Shown: piece after piece, positions 37,723 to 47,141 of the stretch
How the letters are laid out: each line of letters starts with the position of its first letter
Numbering within the stretch: the stretch's first letter is position 1
Assembly: GCA_947495795.1 (NCBI GenBank)
Contig: CANMAI010000013.1
Location: 48,157 to 112,156 of the forward strand
From: an uncultured Rhodobacteraceae bacterium
GTDB taxonomy: Bacteria; Pseudomonadota; Alphaproteobacteria; Rhodobacterales; Rhodobacteraceae
Length of the DNA stretch: 64,000 nt
Direction of reading: 5' to 3'
Position numbers and translations under genes: made by a program
The notes under the pieces: model-generated
Seen by the model: only the letters and a program-made list of their open reading frames with translations
What the model was told of the DNA's origin: nothing
Database searches by the model: none

Positions 37723-39228
37723 GTGTTTGAGTATGGGGCGATTGTGATGGCGGAGTTTGACGGGCGACTTTGGCACAGGCGCGCTTTTCTGGCCGGGCTT
37801 GGCGCTTCGGTGCCGGTTGGCGCGGCGGCGCTTGAGCGGGCGGAACGGCCGCGACTTCGGCGGGATGGGCTGCGGGCGCCAACATCGAATGATGTGCTCT
37901 CTTCCGGCAGGCTTTCCACCATCACCGGATTTGCGTTGCGCGATCTTTCCTCGGGCCGGGTGCTGGAAGCGCATCAGCCTTTCCTCAGCCTGCCGCCAGC
38001 TTCCGTGGCCAAGGTGATCACGGCGCTTTATGCGGTTGACGCACTGGGGCTCGACTACCGTTTTGAAACGCGGATTATTGGCACCGGGCCGGTGGAGGCT
38101 GGGCGGCTTATGGGGGATCTTTATCTGGTGGGAGGGGGCGATCCGACGCTGGATACAGATGGTTTAGCAGAGCTTGCCAGCCATTTGAAAACGCTTGGTA
38201 TTCGGGAAATTTCGGGCCGCGCTTTCGTGGTGGATAGCGGGCTGCCGTATCAAAAGAGCATTGATCCGGGGCAGCCTGTGCATGTGGGGTACAACCCTGC
38301 AATCTCGGGGCTGAACCTCAACTTCAACCGTGTGCATTTTCAGTGGAGCCGCTCCTCCGAGGGCTATGCTGTGAACATGACTGCGCGGGGGCGGCGGTAT
38401 GATCCGGCGGTGGCGGGCATACAGATGGCTGTGGCGCGGCGGAAGGCACCGGTCTTTGCCTACCGCAATGATCAGGGGCGGGACGCCTGGAGCGTGGCTT
38501 CCAGCGCGCTGGGCAAGGAGGGAAGCCGTTGGTTGCCCGTGCGCAGCCCCGGCGAGTATGCGGGCGAGGTGTTTCGCGAACTTGCCCGCAGCTTCGGCGT
38601 AAGACTTCCCTTTTGCGAGCTGGCGGACGCAGCGCCCGCGGGTACGGTTCTGGCGCGGGTGGCGAGTGTGGACAGTGCGCGGATGTTGCGGGACATGCTG
38701 AAATATTCGACCAATCTGACAGCGGAGGTGACCGGGCTGCGGGCGAGCCAGCGGCGCGGCGAGAACCCGGTTGATCTGGCGGCTTCCAGTGCTGCGATGA
38801 CGCGCTGGCTGAGGGCACGGTATGGGCTTCATCGGGCTACTTTTGTCAATCATTCCGGGCTGACGGACCAGACGCGGATGACGGCGGAAGAGATGGTGCA
38901 GGTGCTCGACATCGCCGCTGCCGGGCCCTTGCCTGATCTGCTGAAGGATATCGCCGTGAACACTGCACCGGGAAGCAAGACCCGGATGGAGGGGCTTCGG
39001 GTGCGGGCCAAGACGGGCACGCTCAATTTCACGCGTGGGCTTGCGGGGTATATGGACGGTGCGGGCGGAAGGCGGCTTGCGTTTTCGATCTTCACCTCCG
39101 ATCTGGAAGCGCGGGCCGCCATCAGAGCCGGAGCCGGAGAAGTGCCGCGCGGCGCGGTTTCTTGGCGCAATGCGGCGCGGCGTCAGGAAATGGCTTTGCT
39201 GCGGACGTGGAGCAGGGCCTATCTCTAG
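37723..39228 (+). CDS. dacB: D-alanyl-D-alanine carboxypeptidase/endopeptidase (PBP4, S13 family)
   Basis: Tat-like signal (RRAFLAGLGASVPVGAAA). Active-site motifs SxxK (PPASVAKV), SxN (YSTNL) and KTG (AKTGTL). Confidence 0.8.
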   Translation: MFEYGAIVMAEFDGRLWHRRAFLAGLGASVPVGAAALERAERPRLRRDGLRAPTSNDVLSSGRLSTITGFALRDLSSGRVLEAHQPFLSLPPASVAKVITALYAVDALGLDYRFETRIIGTGPVEAGRLMGDLYLVGGGDPTLDTDGLAELASHLKTLGIREISGRAFVVDSGLPYQKSIDPGQPVHVGYNPAISGLNLNFNRVHFQWSRSSEGYAVNMTARGRRYDPAVAGIQMAVARRKAPVFAYRNDQGRDAWSVASSALGKEGSRWLPVRSPGEYAGEVFRELARSFGVRLPFCELADAAPAGTVLARVASVDSARMLRDMLKYSTNLTAEVTGLRASQRRGENPVDLAASSAAMTRWLRARYGLHRATFVNHSGLTDQTRMTAEEMVQVLDIAAAGPLPDLLKDIAVNTAPGSKTRMEGLRVRAKTGTLNFTRGLAGYMDGAGGRRLAFSIFTSDLEARAAIRAGAGEVPRGAVSWRNAARRQEMALLRTWSRAYL

Positions 39229-39299
39229 AGGTGCAGTAGGGGCTTCTGATGAAGTTCCACGTTGATTATGGGATTGCCCGGGCACGCGGGGCCTAAAGC

Positions 39300-39395
39300 G
39301 TTTCGACTTTAACTTGAGTCGCTTTTTGCTGTCTCTCGCCTTTGGCTCGAATGCGAAAAGCGATGAGGGGTGTCTCAAGTTAAAGTCGAAACACT
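39300..39395. repeat. complex inverted-repeat element: perfect 19-bp outer arms flanking a nested 9-bp hairpin
   Basis: gtttcgactttaacttgag (39300-39318) is the exact reverse complement of ctcaagttaaagtcgaaac (39377-39395). Inside, tcgcttttt/gcgaaaagcga form a second stem. Lies between convergent genes. Confidence 0.6.
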
Positions 39396-39406
39396 ATAGG
39401 CGCTTC

Positions 39407-39823
39407 CTATACAGCGGAAAAAATCTGATGGGCCTGTCGCGCGCCAAACTCTTCCTTGGAATAGACGGCGCGGACATTGGCCTTGGTTGCCTTGTGATCC
39501 ATGAAGGGGCTTGGCCAACCGCTCAGCATAAAGACTGGAAGGCGGGCGGTGGCTTTGTAGTTCGCGAGTTCCAGAGCGAAGTCGGCCCCTTTTCCATCGG
39601 GCAGAGAGTTGTCGAGTATCACGCCCTGAAAGGACACTTTGCGGATTGCGATGCGGGCTTCGTTGAGGTTATGGGCAAACTCGAGTGTGAGCCGCCGATT
39701 GATCCGCTTGAATTCACGCATGATGATTAGCCGATCACCCAGCTCATCTTCCACCACCAGGATCCTTGGCACAAGCGGTGTTACAACCGCTTGCATCGGT
39801 TGCGTTAGGGCTGTCTGAGACAT
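39407..39823 (-). CDS. single-domain response regulator (CheY-like receiver)
   Basis: ILVVEDELGDRLIIMREF ... VILDNSLPDGKG contains the phospho-acceptor Asp. 138 aa. Confidence 0.75.
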   Translation of the reverse strand: MSQTALTQPMQAVVTPLVPRILVVEDELGDRLIIMREFKRINRRLTLEFAHNLNEARIAIRKVSFQGVILDNSLPDGKGADFALELANYKATARLPVFMLSGWPSPFMDHKATKANVRAVYSKEEFGARQAHQIFSAV

Positions 39824-39963
39824 TGCGCTTCACTCCTTTTGGAAGGGGTGGAAGAAGTCTCCCGGAAAACCGCTAATTATGGGTTACGCGCGCTGGGCTG
39901 TAACCTCGTAGCCACATCCAATCTGGTTTCATCGTCCCATATTTCTTTGGAGGGCTGAAGGGC

Positions 39964-41535
39964 TCACATTGGGCGTGCAAGAGCCTTGTCTATCAACTCA
40001 GCGGTTTCCTCTGTGCCGAACAGCGCTGCGAAGCCACCGAATCTGGGGCCCTGGCTGGCGCCGAGGAGAACTTCGTAGATCCCGGTGAACCATGCCCGGA
40101 GCGGCTCAAAATCGTGATCCTTTCCGACGGCGAAGATCATTGTTTGCAGCTCCTCAGCCTCCAGCGGGCCATCCCACGCGCGCAGGCGCGCAGCGAGATC
40201 GGCGAGGGCTGCCCGTTCCTGATCCGTTGGGGCGCGGTAGGTCTTGGTGGGTTTGACACGCTCCTGATAGTAGCGCACGGCGTATTCGGCTGCCGCATCA
40301 AGGCCCGGATGTGTTGCTGGCGTGGCGTTGGCGTATTTCTGTATGAACCCCCAGAGCACATCCTTGCTTTCCGCGCCCGCAGCCGAGGCAAGGTTGAGCA
40401 GCATCGCGAAGGGGATTTCCATATCGGAAGCCGGCACATTGTGGCCGTGGATGTGGAAAACGGGATTGTTGAGGCGCTGAGCCGTATCCTGCGTGGCATA
40501 GCCGCGGAGATGCTGGTGGTATTCGTCCACCATCTTCGGGATCACATCGAAATGCAGGCGCTTGGCGGTTTTGGGCTTCTGGAACATGAAAAGCTGGAGG
40601 CTTTCGGCGGGCGCGTAGGCCAGCCACTCCTCCATCGAGATGCCGTTGCCCTTGGATTTGGAGATTTTGCCCCCCTGTTCGTCAAGGAACAACTCGTAAG
40701 AGAAGATCTCTGGCGGGGGGCCGCCCAGAGCCTTGCAGATGCGGGAATAAATGGCGGTGTTGGTTGCGTGTTCCTTGCCATACATCTCAAAATCCACACC
40801 GAGTGCCGCCCAGCGGGCGCCGAAATCGGGCTTCCACTGGAGTTTGACGTTGCCGCCGGTGACGGGGAGGGTGGTTTCTGTACCATCCTCATCATCAAAG
40901 GTAATTGTGCCTTCCTTGGCATCGACGTTTTTCATAGGCACGTACAGCACGCGGCCCGTGGTGGGCGATATGGGCAGGAAGCAGGAGTAGGTTTGCTGGC
41001 GCTCTTCGCGGAGGGAGGCGAGCATGATTTTCATGATGTCATCGTAGCGCTCAACGGCGCGGAGAAGGATTTCGTCCATTTGGCCGGAGGCGTAGTATTC
41101 CGTCGAGCTGATGAAATCATACTGGAAGCCAAAGCCATCAAGGAAGCGGCGGAGCATGGCGTTGTTGTGTTCGCCAAAGCTTGGATCTGTGCCGAATGGA
41201 TCGGGAACGGAGGTGAGCGGGCGTTGCAGATGTTCGGCCATCGCCTCCTGATTGGGGACGTTATCGGGGACCTTGCGGAGGCCATCCATATCATCCGAAA
41301 AACAGATGAGTTTTGTGGGGATATCCGAAAGAACCTCGAACGCCCGGCGTACCATTGTGGTGCGTGCAACCTCGCCGAAGGTGCCGATATGCGGAAGACC
41401 AGAAGGGCCATAGCCCGTCTCGAACAGAACATAGCCCTTTTCGGGCGGGGCCTTGGCATAACGCTTGACCAGTTTGCGCGCTTCCTCGAAGGGCCAAGCT
41501 TTGGAAGACATCGCGGCTTCGCGGAGGTTGGACAT
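39964..41535 (-). CDS. lysK: lysine--tRNA ligase, class I (archaeal-type LysK)
   Basis: Class-I Rossmann catalytic motifs HIGT ([12 protein letters not shown]) and KISKS ([11 protein letters not shown]). About 520 aa. Start could be the internal Met at 41511. Confidence 0.8.
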   Translation of the reverse strand: MSNLREAAMSSKAWPFEEARKLVKRYAKAPPEKGYVLFETGYGPSGLPHIGTFGEVARTTMVRRAFEVLSDIPTKLICFSDDMDGLRKVPDNVPNQEAMAEHLQRPLTSVPDPFGTDPSFGEHNNAMLRRFLDGFGFQYDFISSTEYYASGQMDEILLRAVERYDDIMKIMLASLREERQQTYSCFLPISPTTGRVLYVPMKNVDAKEGTITFDDEDGTETTLPVTGGNVKLQWKPDFGARWAALGVDFEMYGKEHATNTAIYSRICKALGGPPPEIFSYELFLDEQGGKISKSKGNGISMEEWLAYAPAESLQLFMFQKPKTAKRLHFDVIPKMVDEYHQHLRGYATQDTAQRLNNPVFHIHGHNVPASDMEIPFAMLLNLASAAGAESKDVLWGFIQKYANATPATHPGLDAAAEYAVRYYQERVKPTKTYRAPTDQERAALADLAARLRAWDGPLEAEELQTMIFAVGKDHDFEPLRAWFTGIYEVLLGASQGPRFGGFAALFGTEETAELIDKALARPM

Positions 41536-41639
41536 GTTGCAACTCGCTTCTGGTCAGGGAACGTGGCTCCTCCTATTGTGGGGGGAGGGCCGCGTCAATA
41601 TATGCAGCGAGAGGCCCCGTATAATTGAGGATTTTCCTG

Positions 41640-42080
41640 ATGACTGACCGTGACGACATCCCCCCATCGCTGAGCCCGCAGGACGCGCTGGTGGCCGTGA
41701 TGGTTGCGGCTTCTGCCTCGGACGAGACGGTGACGACGCGGGAATTGCTTTCGATTGTGCGGATTGTGGCGAGCCTGCCGATTTTCGAAGGCTACGACAA
41801 GGAGCGGATTTCGGCGGTTTCGCGCACGGTTTTCGACCTATTTGAAGTTGAGGATGGGCTGGATGCATTGTTCGGGCTGGTGCGGGAGACTTTGCCGGAT
41901 GATCTTTATGAGACATCCTATGCGCTGGCCTGTGATGTGGTGGCGGCGGACGGAAATGCTCAGGATGCTGAGCTGCGACTGCTGGAAGAAATTCGCTTTG
42001 AACTAAATATTGACAGGCTTCATGCCGCAGCGATTGAACGGGGCGCGCGCGCCCGTTTTGCAAGGCTGCCAGCGGCGTAG
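41640..42080 (+). CDS. TerB-like (tellurite-resistance-associated) family protein
   Basis: MTDRDDIPPSLSPQDALVAVMVAASASDETVTTRELLSIVRIVASLP... matches the DnaJ-like/TerB fold signature (paired helical segments with a conserved D/E..R..L motif). Confidence 0.5.
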   Translation: MTDRDDIPPSLSPQDALVAVMVAASASDETVTTRELLSIVRIVASLPIFEGYDKERISAVSRTVFDLFEVEDGLDALFGLVRETLPDDLYETSYALACDVVAADGNAQDAELRLLEEIRFELNIDRLHAAAIERGARARFARLPAA

Positions 42081-42200
42081 CGCCGACACACCCGATTTGT
42101 TACATTTGTGAACAGAAGCAATTTGCTTTTGCGCTATCTGGATTCTGAGAAGCCGGGTTGGCTGGTTTCCGAAACATGAAGTGCGTCTGAGGGCACAGAG

Positions 42201-42794
42201 ATGGGGAAGACTATGATGAAAACGGTTTTGGCTTGTGTTGCGGCGGTAATGATTGCGGCGCCGGTGATGGCGGAGCCGGTTTGGGTGCTGGATGGAGATG
42301 CCTCCAAGGTGGCCTACGGATCCATCAAGAAAGACCGGATTGGCGAGGTGAACCATTTTACATCGGTTTCGGGCAGTGTGGATGGTGAAGGCCTTGTGAC
42401 GGTGGAGATTGATCTCGCCTCCGTTGAAACATGGATTGATATTCGCAATGAACGGATGCGGGAGCATGTTTTCGCAGCATCCCCCAAGGCCACGCTGACG
42501 GCCGGGATAGATATGGCCGCACTGGAAGCCATGGCGCCCGGTGATACCGACGTGGTGGACATTGAGGGCAAGCTTGGCTTTGCCGGGCAGGAACTTGAGA
42601 TCTTCACGGAGCTTTTTGTGGCCCGATTGGGTGAGGGCAAGGCGCTGGTGACAACCGATGAGATGATCATGATCGGCACGGAAGAGCTGGAGATCGACGC
42701 TGGCATTGACACGTTGAAGGGGCTGGCGGAATTGCCGGGTATCACTCGCGTGGCACCCGTGACGCTGCGGCTTGTGTTCGACAAGGCTGGCTAA
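42201..42794 (+). CDS. YceI family periplasmic protein
   Basis: Signal peptide plus YceI-like beta-barrel motifs (EPVWVLDGDASKVAYGSIKKDRIGEVNHFTSVSGSV). Confidence 0.7.
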   Translation: MGKTMMKTVLACVAAVMIAAPVMAEPVWVLDGDASKVAYGSIKKDRIGEVNHFTSVSGSVDGEGLVTVEIDLASVETWIDIRNERMREHVFAASPKATLTAGIDMAALEAMAPGDTDVVDIEGKLGFAGQELEIFTELFVARLGEGKALVTTDEMIMIGTEELEIDAGIDTLKGLAELPGITRVAPVTLRLVFDKAG

Positions 42795-42797
42795 ACT

Positions 42798-43106
42798 GTG
42801 GCAGATAACCGGGCGCGCTATGTGGCTTTGGCCGCAGCGCTGCCCGGGTTTACCGCTCGGGGCAAGAAGAGCCGGTACACTGTGATCAACGGGAATATGT
42901 TTGCCTTCGTCGATCCGGAGGGCCGTGTCCGCGTGCGTTTGGGCGTGGAGGAAGGGGCGGCCGTTGAAGCGGAAAACGGCACCGGACCTGTGGGTCAATA
43001 TGGTTCGGTGATGCACGGGTATGCGCCGCTGCCCCATGCGGTGTTGGAAGCTGATGTGGAGGCCACCGGTTTTCTAGCGGATGCGGAGGCGCTGAAGCCC
43101 AAGTGA
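42798..43106 (+). CDS. hypothetical protein (102 aa)
   Basis: GTG-start ORF 4 nt after the yceI-like stop. No motif recognised with confidence (possibly YjbR/MmcQ-like). Confidence 0.35.
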   Translation: MADNRARYVALAAALPGFTARGKKSRYTVINGNMFAFVDPEGRVRVRLGVEEGAAVEAENGTGPVGQYGSVMHGYAPLPHAVLEADVEATGFLADAEALKPK

Positions 43107-43167
43107 GGGGCTTTCCCTTGACAACTGTTGCGCTAGTTTTTGACCAACGGTTCGGGAGGATATTCTG

Positions 43168-43572
43168 ATGAAGGCTGTTTTTGTTGCTTTTTTGTTGATG
43201 TGCGGTGCCTTTCCTGCGGCGGCACAGAGTTCTGGAGAGCGGATCGAGGCGGTGATCGCCAGCCAGTTTGAAGCGTTTCAGAGCAATGATGTGGAGGAGG
43301 CATTCTCCTTCGCGTCGCCCATGATCAAATCCATGTTCGGTTCACCGGAACGTTTTGGCCAGATGGTGGAGCGCGGTTATCCGATGGTGTGGCGGCCTGA
43401 GGCTGTTTCCTACACCTGCCTGACAGAGCGGGAGGGCAAGTTCTATCAATCCGTGCTGATCACGGATGAGGGCGGCAAGAAGCACAGCCTGGACTACGAG
43501 ATGATCGAGACAGACACGGGCTGGCTGATCAATGGCGTGTATTTCCGGCCGCCAACCTGCCTCGGCGCTTGA
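43168..43572 (+). CDS. secreted small protein (DUF4864-like)
   Basis: Signal peptide MKAVFVAFLLMCGAFPAAAQS. About 134 aa. Confidence 0.45.
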   Translation: MKAVFVAFLLMCGAFPAAAQSSGERIEAVIASQFEAFQSNDVEEAFSFASPMIKSMFGSPERFGQMVERGYPMVWRPEAVSYTCLTEREGKFYQSVLITDEGGKKHSLDYEMIETDTGWLINGVYFRPPTCLGA

Positions 43573-43779
43573 GGCTCCCCTCTTCCGTGCGAACTTATGG
43601 TTAAGAGCCTCTTAACCGCATTTCCCTGATACTCACTCCCATGTTGCGTCGGGTTTCAACCGGCCAGCGGTTTCTCATGAGATGTAGCCAGATGTGTTCC
43701 GCCATTTTGCGGGATCGGGCTTTCGTGCGGTGCACGGGGGCGGCTGGCAGGGATTTGTGCCAAAAGGGGTTTTGAACCG

Positions 43780-46074
43780 ATGAACAAGGCGATTACCGAA
43801 GGGTTGGATTTCATGCCGCCCGCCTTCATTGACGGGTTGAGTGTATGGTCCAGCGGCGACGGAACGCCGGGATCGGTGCGGTATAGCAATGATCCGAACG
43901 GCACGCTTGTTGCCTCCGATCAGGATTTCGGGCCGTGCATCGAAATCGTGAAGGCAGCAAGCCCGCAGCGGCTGCGCTATGCGGGCGAGACGCCCATTTT
44001 GCCCGGCTGTTATCTGGAAGTGACTGCTCGGGTGAAGCTGATCAGCGGGCCGTTCCCGACGGTGCGCATCTCTGCGTTTGCGGGCGATGTGAATGGCGAC
44101 GCGCTGAACGGGGTGAACCGCAGCGGCCCCCAGATATCTCTTGATCAATACGGCCGCGTTTACACTGTGCGTGCGATTGTGGGCTCTGGCGACCGGACGG
44201 GCGTGGACATGGTGTGGGGGACGACCCCTGTTTATGGCCATTTCGGGCTGGATATCGAGGGCAGCGACGGTGCCGTGGTGCGCGTGGAAAGCATCGAGAT
44301 CCGGGACATGACCTCTGTGTTCCATCGCAAGCTGATGGATTGGGTGGATGTGCGGGATTATGGCGCCATCGGCGACGGGATTACCAACGATGCTGCGGCG
44401 TTTGAGACAGCGGATGCGGCGGCTGATGGGCGTGATGTGATTGTGCCTGCGGGCAGCTATTTCCTTGGCAAGAATATCACCATGCTTTCGCGCGTGAGGT
44501 TTGAAGGCACGATTGTTCAGGCGGCAAACCACGCTTTCATTCTACGCTCCAACTTCGACTATCCGACTTATGTGGATGCATTTGGCGACGAGCGCATAGC
44601 GCTGATGAAGGCCCTGCAATCGCTGTTTGGCTTCTCCGACCACGAATCCCTCAATCTGGGCGGTCGGCGCATTCAGTTGAGCGAACCGATCGATGTGGCG
44701 GCGGCCGTGCCCGCGATTTCCAACTTCGGCAATCGCCGGGCGATCCGGAACGGGCAGCTTGAGGCGACTGACAGTGCCGGATGGGATCCGGAGATTGTGA
44801 ACTCCAACGCGAACTACAGCGACGCCAACCCGCTGCAACTGACCAACGTGGCAAATGTTGCTTCTGTGCCCGTGGGATCCTTGATCGAGGGTTTCGGTGT
44901 GGGGCGCGATGTGTATGTGCGCGCCCGCGATATCGGGGCGCAAACCCTGACGCTGAGCAATCCGCTGGGCCGGGCGCAGGCGCTGCAGACCTACACGTTC
45001 ACGCGGTACAAGTATCTGCTCGATTTCAACGGTATCCAGCGGATCAATGCGTTCAATATCGATGATGTCGAGTTTCTGTGCAACCGGCGGGCCAATGGCA
45101 TCCTGTTGCCGGATGATGGCATAACCTGGGGCATCCGTGATTGCTGGTTCACGCGGCCGCGCACACGGGCAATCTCTTCGCCGGGCAAGGCGTGTCAGGG
45201 GATCTCGATTGATCGGAACCAGTTCATCGCGCCGGATGATGATGTACTGGTGCCAGACAGGAACTCGACCGCATTCAATGTGAACGCGAACGATGCGAAA
45301 ATCCGCAACAATCGCTGCGTTCAGTTCAAGCATTTCTGCATTCTGAACGGTGGCGGGAACCTGATTGTTGGAAACCATTTCTGGCAGCTGGACAATGATG
45401 CTGATGGTGAAAACACAGCCGGGATTGTGTTTACGCGGCCGAGTTGCAAATCGACGATCACCGGTAACTATATCGACAACATGTCCATCGAGATGACGAA
45501 CGAGCATGCGCCGAACGGCAATATCAACAGTGCCGGTTTCGGGAAGCTGACGATTACCGGGAATATCTTTACGGCGCAGCTTGTTCCGGACCGGTTCACA
45601 TTCATTAAAGTGAGAGTCCGCGGGAATGGCTGGACGCTGAACGGAATTACGGTAACGGACAATACGTTCAAGATGTTCAACGGCTCCACGATTGACCGGA
45701 TCGACGAGCTTGATACCTCTTTTGGCAGTGTCAATCATGCAGCGACGCGCGATGTCACCTTCACAGGCAACAGCTTTGAGCGGGTGCGCGACAAGACAGA
45801 AAACCCTGTGACGATAAGCCATACGCAGACAACGGCCAATGCTGCCTGGGTGGTGCTGTTTGGCAATTATCTGCCGTTCGGTGGCTTTACTCTGGGAGTG
45901 GACGGGATTGTTGCACACTCACAGATTGAGACATCCGGAGGCACGGATGTGTACGATAATCCTTGGGTGAATGTGCGGCACGGATCAGCGGACAACCAGG
46001 TGCAGGTGCGTTGGTCCACGCCCGTTGTCGGCACTGTTCAGGTGCGGGCGCGGTGCGATCTGGCGGAGGACTGA
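43780..46074 (+). CDS. right-handed parallel beta-helix protein (pectate-lyase-superfamily / tailspike-like depolymerase)
   Basis: DYGAIGDGITNDAAAFE motif (Pectate_lyase_3 / tailspike-like). Many NxxGxxxxG-type beta-helix turns. 764 aa, no signal peptide. Confidence 0.6.
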   Translation: MNKAITEGLDFMPPAFIDGLSVWSSGDGTPGSVRYSNDPNGTLVASDQDFGPCIEIVKAASPQRLRYAGETPILPGCYLEVTARVKLISGPFPTVRISAFAGDVNGDALNGVNRSGPQISLDQYGRVYTVRAIVGSGDRTGVDMVWGTTPVYGHFGLDIEGSDGAVVRVESIEIRDMTSVFHRKLMDWVDVRDYGAIGDGITNDAAAFETADAAADGRDVIVPAGSYFLGKNITMLSRVRFEGTIVQAANHAFILRSNFDYPTYVDAFGDERIALMKALQSLFGFSDHESLNLGGRRIQLSEPIDVAAAVPAISNFGNRRAIRNGQLEATDSAGWDPEIVNSNANYSDANPLQLTNVANVASVPVGSLIEGFGVGRDVYVRARDIGAQTLTLSNPLGRAQALQTYTFTRYKYLLDFNGIQRINAFNIDDVEFLCNRRANGILLPDDGITWGIRDCWFTRPRTRAISSPGKACQGISIDRNQFIAPDDDVLVPDRNSTAFNVNANDAKIRNNRCVQFKHFCILNGGGNLIVGNHFWQLDNDADGENTAGIVFTRPSCKSTITGNYIDNMSIEMTNEHAPNGNINSAGFGKLTITGNIFTAQLVPDRFTFIKVRVRGNGWTLNGITVTDNTFKMFNGSTIDRIDELDTSFGSVNHAATRDVTFTGNSFERVRDKTENPVTISHTQTTANAAWVVLFGNYLPFGGFTLGVDGIVAHSQIETSGGTDVYDNPWVNVRHGSADNQVQVRWSTPVVGTVQVRARCDLAED

Positions 46075-46117
46075 ACACATGCTTGACGCGGAGCCGGGCC
46101 GGGCCATCTGAAGAAAG

Positions 46118-46591
46118 ATGGATAGCCAGCCCCGCGAAAACGTACAGGATTATCCCCGCCCGCCCCGATTGGAGCGGGTGGGGTTTTCCTTGACGGTCCG
46201 TTTTGGTGCTGATCCGGTGGCCGAAACGAAGAGAGGATGGCGGGTGCTTGAGACCCATCATGCGCCCACCTACTACCTGCCACCTGAGGATATTGAACCG
46301 GGTCTTCTCCGCCCTGCATCCGGCAGCAGTTTTTGCGAATGGAAGGGGCGTGCCGCGTATTTCGATGTGGTAACCGGCGCGGACACCGCCTTGAGGGCGG
46401 CATGGTGCTATCCCGAGCCGACGGCTGCCTTTGATGAGATTGCCGGGCATCTGGCCTTTTATGTCGGTACGCTTTCTGCCTGGGTGGGTGAATTGCCCGT
46501 GCGGCCCCAGCCCGGAGACTTCTACGGTGGATGGGTGACGGATAATCTGGACGGGATCGTGAAAGGTGGCGCCGGCACGGCGCATTGGTGA
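46118..46591 (+). CDS. DUF427 domain protein
   Basis: 157 aa with DUF427-like conserved W/Y-rich motifs (HAPTYYLPPEDI, AAWCYPEP). Confidence 0.55.
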   Translation: MDSQPRENVQDYPRPPRLERVGFSLTVRFGADPVAETKRGWRVLETHHAPTYYLPPEDIEPGLLRPASGSSFCEWKGRAAYFDVVTGADTALRAAWCYPEPTAAFDEIAGHLAFYVGTLSAWVGELPVRPQPGDFYGGWVTDNLDGIVKGGAGTAHW

Positions 46592-46672
46592 AAATCGGCT
46601 TTGTGTGATCTGGATCAACGGTTTGACCCGCTCCTTCAGCCATTCTAGAATCCGAAAGAGGAGGGCAGACAA

Positions 46673-47080
46673 ATGTATTCCAACATTCTCGTTCCAATAT
46701 CGCTGGAGGAAAGCCGCGACAGCGCGCGGGCGCTTGATGTGGCCAAAGCTTTGGCCGGAGAGGGCGGCAAAGTAACGGCACTGCACGTGGTTGAAGAGGT
46801 GCCTGCTTATGTGGCCGATCATCTGCCAGCCGGGCATGCCGCTGCCGCAATGATAGAGCGGGAGAGGGATCTTGGTGGGGTGATTGGCGATCGGAAGGGC
46901 ATCGTCGTGGATGTTGTGTCGGGGCATTCTGGCCGCACGATCCTTGACTATGCGGAGCGTACGGGCGTGGATTGCATCATTCTCGCGTCTCACAGGCCGG
47001 GAATGCAGGATTATTTCCTCGGATCCACGGCGGCGCGGGTGGTGCGGCACGCCGAATGCTCGGTGCATGTGGTGAGGTGA
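46673..47080 (+). CDS. uspA: universal stress protein
   Basis: MYSNILVPISLEESRD... and C-terminal GSTAARVVRHAECSVHVV are typical of the UspA fold and its ATP-binding motif (G-x2-G-x9-G(S/T)). Confidence 0.8.
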   Translation: MYSNILVPISLEESRDSARALDVAKALAGEGGKVTALHVVEEVPAYVADHLPAGHAAAAMIERERDLGGVIGDRKGIVVDVVSGHSGRTILDYAERTGVDCIILASHRPGMQDYFLGSTAARVVRHAECSVHVVR

Positions 47081-47087
47081 TTGGGAT

Positions 47088-47107
47088 GGTGGGCAAGATT
47101 GCCCACC
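47088..47107. terminator. hairpin between convergent uspA and uvrB
   Basis: ggtgggcaa / ttgcccacc arms (8-9 bp) 8 nt after the uspA stop. Confidence 0.4.
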
Positions 47108-47141
47108 CTACCGGCTGCGTTTCATTTCGGTGGTGATGCCG

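Noticed and set aside
38164-39378. 404-aa minus ORF antisense to dacB (and 38324-38818)
   Set aside because: Arg/Pro-rich, no motifs. dacB on the plus strand has all three PBP active-site motifs.
40114-41628. 504-aa plus ORF antisense to lysK
   Set aside because: Shadow ORF. lysK on the minus strand has HIGT and KISKS motifs.
44542-47068. 458-aa and 393-aa minus ORFs antisense to the beta-helix, DUF427 and uspA genes
   Set aside because: Low-complexity R/H/P-rich translations spanning several independent plus-strand genes.
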